DNA of 63,099 nucleotides from Obrimoposthia wandeli (taxonomy: Eukaryota): assembly GCA_977020255.1 (NCBI GenBank), contig CDROCS010001060.1, forward strand, positions 186,001-249,099, read 5' to 3'. Below, in pieces: positions 48,400-59,480 of the stretch. Position numbers and translations under genes: made by a program. Numbering within the stretch: the first letter of the stretch is position 1; each line of letters starts with the position of its first letter. The notes under the pieces were generated by a model, which saw only the letters and a program-made list of their open reading frames with translations, ran no database searches and was not told where the DNA came from.

Positions 48400-50925
48400 A
48401 ACCAGTTAATGCCTTGGAAGCGTATGATTGCTCAAATCGCAAGTATTCAAATAAACTATTACTTAATGGATTTACAACAATGTGCTAATTGCCGACCCAA
48501 ACGAAGTAAAAAATCAAAACCACCAAGTTATTCCGTGTATACCAGGGAAACAGATTTCATAAATACAGAAGTTTACGAGTGTAGAATTTTGCAGCAAAAC
48601 ATTCATAACATATTGCGGACAACACAGCCATAATTCAATTGTCAAACCTGCACTAGGAAAAATACCAATAATTGTCGATGTACTAAATTGTAAGGACGCT
48701 TTTGCAACAGGAGAACTAAGAATAGATAGAGAAATTAAAGTACGAGCAGTAAAAAATAAAATTATACAACAAATGATTACAGTAGTAGGAACAATAAAAT
48801 CTGACGGTGCATGTACAACAGGCACATACGTTGTGATGGGGTCAAACAAAGTGGTTTAGTAGTTATAAAAAACTTTTGAAGTAGAACTGAAACGTTCAAG
48901 GCAACATTTGACCCATCTACAAATAATATGGTAACTATGCCATTTTGCGAAGCAAATATAGGTCATTGCAATACAGGATCCTCAATTTTATATTATAAGG
49001 TAAAATCAGACCAATGTAAATTAATACTCCTAAAATCTGAAATTTTTCAAATAATTCAAGGTCAAAGATTTAAAGATGACCCGGAACTTGATCAAAGAGT
49101 ACCAAAAGATATACATAAAAAATATAGGACAAGAAAAATTCAAAAAACATCAACCCCAACTATTTTAATGTCAACAGAACAAGGTTCTGGAATGCGATTT
49201 ATTAAAAAGAACGAGGAATCCCGATGTGGACACTCTATTTATACAACTAATTATAAAGGAATATATTTAAGTAAAGAAAAAATATATAATGCAAAAACGA
49301 CACCAACAAAGTTTGACATAAAAAATTACGATTATTTTAATAATAAATTAGATTATTTTTATCACAAAGGATTAATGACAATAGAAGCAATTTATACAGA
49401 AACGATAATGAATGACTGTAAATTAAACCAAGAAATTTTGAAAACAAAATTGGCAATTATTGCTACAAATCCAGAATTAATAACACCATTATTACCGCTA
49501 GCTGATGGTACTTTTGGAAGAGTAATGGGAGAAGTGCTATATACTTATCAATGTAAAAAAGTAATAGTTAATATAAGAAATCATAATAAATGCACTAAAG
49601 AATTACCAATTTCATACAAAAATCATTCATTATTCGTAGAACCAATCACCAGAATAATACTTTTTAATACATTCAGTATAAAGGAAATGAATTGTTCAAA
49701 CATAATGGCACCTCATTATCAAATCTCAACGGATATTTGGATATCACTCCCAAGAAGAGACATAGTTGCTCAACCATTAAAATTACAATTAACTGACCTC
49801 AATAACGACATAGAAATAAAATCAGACAATGAACTAAATACAAAAGGTATATACATACAAGAAGACATAGACAAATTAAGAAAATACATTTTATTTCCTC
49901 AAATTAGATCACGAATTTTAACACAAATAATTGAAAGATCAGTACCAAACGGAATTGGCCGTCCTGATTACGATTTATTACTTTCTCCAAATCATTTTAT
50001 AAAAGCTACACAAAATACAATGTCAAAAATATAGGGAAAAGTTTTAATTTTTGGTCAAGCATTTTCTGGACTTGTGGGAATATATGCATTGCTGATATGT
50101 TTTAAGATCCTTTTGAGTCAAATTTTATCTATATATTATATTTATAAAGTTGGTGGATTGACATGGAAACTAATTTTAGGATGTTTTCCATTTTTGGCAA
50201 AATTTCTTATATTTAACCATCATCAAAATACAGTGAATGCATTATCGAACGAAATGCGAGAAACAAATTTACAAAAAATAGTAGACAATAAAAATAAAGA
50301 GAATACAGAATCTGCACAATACCCCGATTTAGAAAGATATAAAGAAGAAATAATAGTTCAAAAATCAACTGCACCAACAATATATACTATAAATCAAATG
50401 GATAATGATAGACGACCTTATGTAAAAGTTGAAATAAATGAGTACAAATTAAAAGCTTTAATTGACACAGGATCAAGCGTAACAGTTTTGGACAAGTCTT
50501 TCTTAAAACCACACCAAATATTACTACTTCTCACAGATAATAGTCGAATAACAGCAGCAAACGGTCAACCCGTAAATTTTATTGGTAAATTAGATTGCAT
50601 TTTTAAAATAGGAGATAAATTTATAAAAATACCTACTAGAATAATGAAAAATTGTCCATGCCAGATGATTATAGGAATAGATACATTAAGGAAATTAGGA
50701 AACAATTTTCATTTCGACTTCGAGAAAAATCAAATTAAAGACATTTACAGACCAAACGCTAAAAGCAAATACGAATTGGAAATAAAAGGAGATATCATCC
50801 TTCAACCTAGAGCAAAAACAATATTACAATTAGAAACTAACATAGTTACAGAAAAAGACATCTTATTCGAACCTTATAAATATCAACAAGAAACACTAAA
50901 TTACGTTCTACCATATAATTTGTAA
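48400..50925 (+). pseudogene. env: env-like glycoprotein continuing in frame into an aspartic protease, B copy 2
   Basis: ORFs 48928-50034 and 50074-50925 are in the same frame, separated by a TAG that is TGG (Trp) in copy 1. After the TM region comes RPYVKVEIN...ALIDTGSSVTVL...IIGIDTL, a retropepsin signature. Confidence 0.88.
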
Positions 50926-53705
50926 ATAAAAAATAATACAATACCAATTAGAATACTAAATGGAGACATAAGCAGATTCATCTAAAAGTAGGAACACGCC
51001 TTGGAAAAATAAGTGTTATAGCCGAAAATATAAAATTAGTTAATAATGAAAAAATAGAAGACAATTCCACTGTAAAATTTGAAAATATTAGATTAAATAA
51101 TTATGAGAAATCAAACTAAAATCATTGATGGAGAAATATGACGTAATTTTTGCAAAAAATGAATATGAACTTGGACGAACAGATTTAATTAAACATAACC
51201 TTCCGTTAACTATTAATACAGCAATCAAACCAACAACCTTACCGTATCCCATACGCTTACAGAGAAAAGAAGCTCAAAAGACAGGTAAAAGGAATGTTAG
51301 AGAATAAAATCATAGTAAGAAGTTTTCAGCATGGACATCTCCAGTTGTTTTGATAAAAAAGAAAGATGGTTCACTAAGATTTTGCGTAGATTACAGAAAA
51401 ATTAAACGAGATCACATAAAGACCGCATATCCACTTCAAGAATTGATGAAATCTTGGATAAACTAAAAATGCAAAAAATATTTACAACTATAGATTTACA
51501 CAAAGTGGATATTGGCAGATAGAAATAGATGAATCAGATAAAGAAAAAACTGCATTCTCAACAGGAGAAGGATTATACGAATTTAATGTTTTACCTTTTG
51601 GATTAACAGGTGCTCCAGCAACATTTCAGAATTAAGCATGAACCACATTTTGATGGACGCCGATCATGAAAGCACAGCCCCGAGAAGTCTATATCGACGA
51701 TATTCTAATTTTTTCAAAAAATTTTTGAAGAAACACTTAAAGATTTGAAAATGTATTTCTTAGATTGAAAATAGCAGGTTTTAAAATTAAAACCAAAAAA
51801 GTGTGAATGGATGAAAATTAGACAAAGTGAAGATTATCTGGAGTGCATTATCTGCAAAAGGAATTCAACCAGATGAAAGTAATATAGAAAAATAAAAGAA
51901 TTTTCCAATCCCAAAAACAGTAAAAATATATAAAATTTTTTAGGACTTGCAGGATATTATCGTAGATTTATCCAAGCTTTTGCACAAAATAGCAACACCA
52001 TTAAACAAACTTATTAAAAAGGATGAAAAATTTGAATGGGAAACGGAACAACAAGAGTCATACGAATACTTAAAACAAAAATTGATTGAAAAAACCTATA
52101 TTGAGATATCCTAATTTCAACAACTTGTTTCTAGTAATGACTGACGCAAGTGGATATGCGTTAGGAGCAGTACTAGGACAACAAGATAATAACGAAAAAG
52201 ATCATGTGATAGCTTACGCAAGCAGAGTCTTAAAAAACACAAATAAATTATTCAACAATAGAAGAGAATGCCTCGCTATTTGTTTTTTCGCAATGGAACA
52301 TTTTAAACATTACTTATTAGGTCGAAAAGTTCACGTTTATACTGATCAAAGACCATTACAGTGGCTACTAAATCATAAAGATACAACATCTAGATTAATG
52401 AGATGGGCGTTAATTCTCAAAAATATGATATTGAAATTCAGCTATGAAAAAGGTAAATCAAATGCCAATGCAGATTGCCTATCTAGAATAAGAAAAGAAA
52501 TGTCTGTATTCAATAACTTCACCGAATTAAATATTTTTTACAATAATCAAGGCTCGATATGATGATAAAGTAATCACCGATCTTCAAAGCAAAAATACGG
52601 AATTACAACAAATAATTAAATTACATCACCATCAATCAAGTTCCAACAGATGAAAATTAAATATTCAAAAATTCATGAATCTCGTTATAAATTCAGTAAC
52701 AATATTTACATTTATTTAAACGATAAAAATCATGCTACTGATTATACCTAAAGAAATACGTACAAAATTACTCTTCAATATCCTTTGGAGCTTTAGGAGG
52801 ACATCCCTAACAAAGAACACATTGGTCAGTTAAAATATTATTGATTGATATGAAAGAAGATGTAAAAAAATTGGTGTAATACTTGTGAAATATGTCTTAA
52901 AAGAAAAAACACTTTACGTACCACAAAGATACCATTAAAATAATACCGTATCCATCATTACATGGAAACTGTTGCCATGAGATGTAATGGGGCCATTACC
53001 TGAAACACTAGAAATCGATAGGCTAGTATTTTCAGATTATTTTACAAGATGGCCAGATTCCCAACACATGATCATAAGGCTGGAAAACTGCATCGCGAAG
53101 GTTTTGGTCAGAAAAATTATTTTACTTTCGGTGCACCCGAAAATTATTAACCAACAAGGTCTAATTTATAAATAATGTATATTAGCATCAATAGCTGAAA
53201 TCTCATAAAAGATCAATACAACACCATATCACCCTCAAATCGACGGATTAGTAGAAAGATTTAATAGAACCTTCGAAGATATGATGGCATCATACACAAA
53301 CAACAACCAAACAGATTGGGATTTACACATACCCCCATGCCTTTTTGCATATAGAACATCAGTACATGCATCTACAGGAGAAACACCTTTTTACCTTATG
53401 TTCCTCAGAGATCCTCAAATGCCTATTGATCTAATTTATTTCAACCTACTACACGGTACCTACAGAAATACCTGAATACAAAAATAGAAATTAGAAAAAA
53501 GAATAAAACTAGCATTTGAAAAAGCTAAATTATTTGTAAAAAACATACAAGAAAATTACAAAGAATATTATGATAGAAGAACTCAACCATCAAATATAAA
53601 AATCGGAACTAAAGTAATGATTCACAATCCACAAATCAATGTAGGATTATCACACAAATTATCAAAACCATACAAAGGACCATATACAGTCATTAGTACC
53701 AACAT
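50926..53705 (+). pseudogene. pol: RT, RNase H and integrase of B copy 2 (many indels, low-quality sequence)
   Basis: Colinear with A pol 1-2420; TDASGYALGAVL, YIDD-region remnants and the GPY motif KPYKGPYTVI. Confidence 0.88.
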
Positions 53706-56145
53706 AACTAACACATAACTAATAATCGAAACCTGCACATTAATCATAAAAATAACATGGAAGATCATTAAAGTAAAAAATAATACAATTTTCAAAAATC
53801 ATTAATATCGGATAAAGTATTGGCCGATCACCTATTGCTGTGACCTTCATCATTCCTAGCTCTTCAAACTTTCATCTAACGTACCAATAAATACAATAAT
53901 CGAGAATAATAAAGAAAATACGAAAAATCTTTATATTGTCTCAGAAATACATAAAATGAAATACTAAAATAAAAATAATCCTCAAAAATAAAGTATTCAT
54001 AATGTAGATAAAGGAAAGTGCGTATGTGTTTAGTTTAAATAGAAGATAGTAAAAAAATAAACTTAAAAACTTATTAACATTTTAGAAAATGAGAAATTCA
54101 AAATTAATTATGAGAATAATAGAAGAATATATAAGAGACAGAAGAAATGGAAAATAAGGTGTTGATAGAAAATATAAATTTGAGATCGCATTTGAAGACA
54201 AAGAAAATGGAATGTGAACGAATGAATAATGCTTTTGACGTTGCAATTGAAAGATTAGAACATAGCCAAACAAAACAGGAATTATTATTTTGACGACTCA
54301 GAGAAGCATTAAACTCTCTCGTATCATTGAGATCAGTAATTAATCGTTTGATGGGATTCAACCGGAGAAAGTGATGATTCCGGGTGTGAAAAATTAGTAA
54401 AATCCCCAGTGAGTAAATTAAAATATAAAAGAAAGAAAATTGAGAATGAGTTTGGGCTCATGGCATGTTTTGGAGAGGAAATGCGTTTTTCAATGGTATT
54501 AATATTCATTAACTTTAGTTGAAATAGTAATAATAAAATTAAGAATAGGTAAAAAATGAATATATTAGTATAGATATGTATATATTGATATTGATAACAC
54601 CAGTAATAAAGATATATATTAAAGAATGAAAAAATCCATATCTTTATTTATATACCTTGTTTGTTTAATCTTGTTACATAAAAAAGACTAAAATGATTTA
54701 CAGACTTTTGATTAACAAAAAGACAAATAAACCCAACAGGGTATTTTCATTTGATAGACAGTTGACAATTTTTATATTTGCATGTAAAAATCAACATTTT
54801 TTACCATCTGTATACCCTACAGATGGAAACCACAAGCACGAATCCTCACATTTGACCTGGCAGATGGGGCCGGAGGGGATGATAGAGAAGACAGTACAAT
54901 TAGCAGAACAACGTCAAGAAATAGCAAAAATCGCAATGTTCCTTTAATGCAAAAGAAGGCAGCTTGGAACAAGGTATATCCATAACCATAACGTAATAAA
55001 GCTTTTTGACAATCAGACACAGCTTCCAAATAGCATCAAGTTAAAGAGACACTTCAAGACAAGCATAATTCTCAACATAAATAGTAAAAAGCCAACAGAA
55101 CAAAGACTGTTTGAGTTGATGAAAATTCTTACCTACATGCACGGACATTGAGATTCACGTAGCAAAAGGCCGTGGATTTTTAAAAAACACAAGAAAATCA
55201 AACATTTCTCTGTCCTTCTCCCCTGCAAAACCACTCTTACCGGTTGATGAGACATCAAATAACTCCCGATTTTGATGATTCGTTTTTTCAGGTGGAAATA
55301 ACATATTTTCATGGAGCAAAATATGCGACCTAATCCCGTTCAAGTCTGCCATTTGAATATCATTCCCAACAATCCTCAAATATTTTTGTCTATTGTGAAA
55401 TGGTAGTAAAGATGAACAAACAACCCACCCTAGCCAGCGTACAATAATGAATAGAAGCGGACAGATCGTTTTGGATACGAAATGCAATAACAAGAGACAG
55501 AATCAGGAATTATGTGACAAGAATAACGGGCCTTAATGAACGGAAGTTAAGAAACCAACTGATTCTGTCGAAGTGTTAGGAGCTGTGTCAATCCTTGCTG
55601 AGACCATCTTACCAGCGGGGCCAGAATAGCCATGATCTCAAAGTTTTGATTCCCAGAAAGAGCAATTTTCGCACGATTAAAGAATCTAAGGGCCTTCAAT
55701 ATTAATTGAAATCAGACCCGCCAAAATAATAGAACCCATCAAATGGTTTCCATTAATCCTTCCATCAAAAATAAAAATACCACTCCGGCATTCTTTTGAT
55801 TGTTAACGATTTAAAAACATTTCCTCCATAAAGCAAAGCTAATAAAGTGGGCTGAGTCTCACCCTACATGCAAGTAATGAAGCCTATCCCAAGTTGCAAA
55901 CCTTTATCCTCAGTTCTGAAGACCAACAGCTTCATCAACTTGAGATCAGCTTGCTGTCTATACCGTTCACTAAATGTATTGTTGCGTAGATGTAAAGATG
56001 TAAGAAATCAATGTTTTAGCTGTCATTAAAATTCATGGGCTCAAGTAGGTACGCATGAAAAGTCCACGTTTCGATATTTCTCTTTTCAACCAGGACCATT
56101 TTCTTTGCGGAAAAAGTCAGGTTCGACTTTTATTTCCCCCTGGAT

Positions 56146-57573
56146 TATTTGGGATGTAATCAAAAAGAGCCATTTTCATTTTCCGAAGATAATTCAAATT
56201 CAATGTTTTAATATTACTATCCAAAATACACAATTAGGAAGATTAATTACCAGCCTCGGCAGGGTGGTCGTTCGCCTTATGGCTCGCTGAAAAACTGGCA
56301 GTCATAGTCCCTTCGTGATTTGCCGCCAATGGCATAACATGATAAAGCGGCGGTGCCTATAATGGCAGCCGATCCAGATTGCTCCTCCACCATGTTGTGT
56401 TCCCATCATCCTCGTCAGCGGGCTGAACAACGTGACTTCCAGCTAACGCGGAATGGCCTATGTTTTGAAACACGAGAACCATTATTGGGCGGTACATTTG
56501 CGCTCATCATTCATTGTTCATGCGCCACACTTATCGTATCTCTAAAATTATTATTCTTTAAGCTGACCATTCTCTTTCTCTCTTGTGCGTTGCAACATTC
56601 CTGAAGATGCGATGGGTTTGGGCGATACATTTTGTGTGTGTGTGACCGGATTTCGCCAGCAGCAGCATCATCAGCAACATCATCATCGCAGCGCCAATCA
56701 ATATCAATAGCCTTCTTTTGGTGCATATCTTTCGCACAGGCCCTGCGGTCATCAATCATACACTTCTGCCTTGCGACTACGAGTCTTGTATCTGCTGCCG
56801 CTCAATCTCATGCTTTTCACTGGATATCGCCCTTCGAGCATGTCAGTGTCAGGATGACCACCATCATGCTGGGTCCAGTTTTTAAGGGTCCCTCCTTCTG
56901 TGGAATTCATCTCCGTATATTAAGTGATTGAGATCTCCACAGTCATCATTGGTTATTGAGCATTTAGTTTTGTCTACAATACAATTCAGTGTACGTGTTC
57001 AAATCGAGAAATTCAACTATATATGTAGTATGCTGATTCTGTGGTTGAGATAAGTGTTGTCTACATCTAACAGATCCAGTCATCAGTCAGTAAAATTCTA
57101 CTGACGGTTTGTTTTCCTCTGACATATAAACAGCATGGATTTCATAAGAAGCACTTTGTCTGCTTATTTAAGCCTAGTTTAAAAAATTAGATGTTCTTTA
57201 AAATCAGCACCTGAGACTTATTCATAATTCGACAGTAAGTGTTTGATTTCTACTAACAAAAAGATATTTTATCAGAACTTCTTCAACAATTCTAAGCAAA
57301 ATAAGTGTTTGAATATATTTAAAGAATCTTTATAGGACTTGCCTTCTTGATCGCCAAAATGATATTTGGTTCTATTTCAAAATGTTTTCTAGAACTTATA
57401 GCAATTAAACAAGACAAGTCTTTGAACCTATTTAAAATCTTTCCATAGAACCTTCAACATTCATTAAAGATAAGTGTTAGACCTATTTAAGATGTTTCCT
57501 AGGACTTATTAATTAAACGAAGCTTGAGTAACGGTTTCTTCTTAAGAAATGTTTATCTCACAGACTTACTAAC
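56146..57573 (+). repeat. 3' LTR of element B copy 2 (error-rich)
   Basis: Clear matches to the B LTR (catgtcagtgtcaggatgaccaccatc, gtgattgagatctccacagtcatcattggttattg, gacatataaacagcatg). Preceded by a cccc-tggat tract like C's. Confidence 0.7.
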
Positions 57574-59480
57574 GTTGTTTCTTCTATTTATTTTAATTTT
57601 TAACAACTAATTTTGTGATTTTCTGTGATGTTAATTTGGTTTGATTCTAAGTCTTTGTTGTAATGGTTCATGGCATATGGGTATTTGTTTTTATGATTAA
57701 TTTTCTTTGATATATTTCCTAGTATGTTCTTGTTATTATTTTAATCGTGGGATTAAATCTCGTTTGGATCTTCTTTAAAATCATAAGTTTATTGAATTTC
57801 TACCGGTCTAAATTCTTTGTCTACTTCATCTATACATTTATTGGTTCATTAGTATTACACATTCTCTATAATCCACAAAATTATTTTTTCTGGATATTAT
57901 ATTTTTTATAGTTATATTTGTTCTGGTTATGATTTTCTAATTGTTTTCGTCTTTTAATATGACTTTTTGTCTTATCTCGTTCTAATAGAGGAAGCTTTAT
58001 CTTAATTATCAACATGGGTTAAAATTTAATTATCGCTAGTTTGATGTTTTATTATATGTTCACTGTCATTTTAATATTGAAGCTAAAGTATAAGTGAGTT
58101 TCTATAATTCACTTATGAATGTTCTCTTCTTTAATTCATTTTACTCTGTTTATATTGTGTTTCTGTTTTCATACGTAAGTGTTCTCGTTTTTAATTTTGC
58201 TTATCTTCTTCTTCTAAATTTTTCGAAATTTCGATTTCTTTTAATTCTTCCTAATTTTTTTATAAAAGTAGTCTTTTAACTTTTCTTCAGTGTGATTTTA
58301 GGTATTATTGTAATTAGGTCCAAAATCTTGTGAGATGTATTTGTTGATCATGTTCTTCTTTTCATGTTTAATAATTAGTTATTTAGGTTCTACATGTTGC
58401 ACATTAGCGAAGGTTTTTTGTAAAAATATATTGCCATACTTATATTCATTTGCACCTTTCTTATTTCTTCAGCCTTTTTATTGTATTTCGGTTTGATGAC
58501 TCAAAAATAAGGTGTTGTTTTCATTTTTATTAAGGTTTTTATAGTTCTATTAACACTTACAAACCAATATATATTACTGAAATGGATCTTGATTCTCTTT
58601 GACTTTTTACTTTTGTATTTCTTCAGGGTGTTTCTCGACATCATTTATATGTGTTCATATTTCTTTTGATTAATAGCAACATTAAAGGTTTAACAATATA
58701 TTGGTTTCTGTTGGTGCTAATGATAACATGTGGTCCAGCTGTATGGTTTTGATATAATTTTGTGTATGACCTGCGACTCTACATTAATTTGGTTGTGAAT
58801 CATTACTTTACTTTAGCTTTTTATGTTTGATCGCTTGGATTCTTCTAGCCTTAATATTCTTTACTTAATTTTCTTGTATCTTTTTTGACTTAAATAGTTT
58901 TGTTCGCTTTTAAAGCTAGTTTTATTATTCTCATAATTTATATTTTATATTCAGGTTTTCTAGGTACTATGTAGTAGGGTTTGTAGTAATGTTAGTTCAA
59001 TAGGCATTGAGGATCTCGGAATAACGCAAAAATTAAAAATGTGTTTCTCACCTGTAATTATGTACTGATGTTTTATATACGGCATAGAGTGTCTACAAAT
59101 ATAAATATGTTTGGTTATTGTTTTATGTATGATGCCATCATATCTTTGAAAGTTATATTAAATCTTTCTACTAATCAAATAGGTTTGAGGGTGATATTAG
59201 TTGTTTTATTATTGATCTTTTTTTATGTAAATAAATTTGACTATTATTTCAACGTATTTATAAAATTCTAAGTTTTTTCAGTTTCTTTTCAGGATGCAAT
59301 TTGTTTTGCATTCTCATCAAATATCATAATGGTTTCAGCCTATAGTCACTTTATTTGGAAAACTTATATAAATAAAGTGAAAGCTATTATATATCAGTTT
59401 CCTCAGGTGCTTTTGAGTGGCATTTACCATCAGCCATGGTTTCATTTGGCTCAATCTGATTTTAGTGTTGGTTTCAAAGT
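57574..59480 (-). mobile_element. Element C copy 2, FN3-integrase fragment (error-rich)
   Basis: Noisy duplicate of 22283-24150, extending about 100 bp further toward the B insertion site. Confidence 0.7.

Larger units (their letters stand above)
43820..57573 (+). mobile_element. Element B copy 2: near full-length (about 13.7 kb) env-bearing Ty3/Gypsy element with two LTRs
   Basis: 5' LTR 43820-45141, PBS 45144, gag from 46850, env-protease 48400-50925, RT/RH/IN to about 53705, coiled-coil ORF about 54170-54375, exonuclease about 54830-55750, noisy 3' LTR about 56146-57573. The right boundary is approximate. Confidence 0.85.

Noticed and set aside
56250-56300. Hammerhead in the B 3' LTR
   Set aside because: The expected position is recognisable but the core is unreadable in this low-quality stretch, so it was not called.
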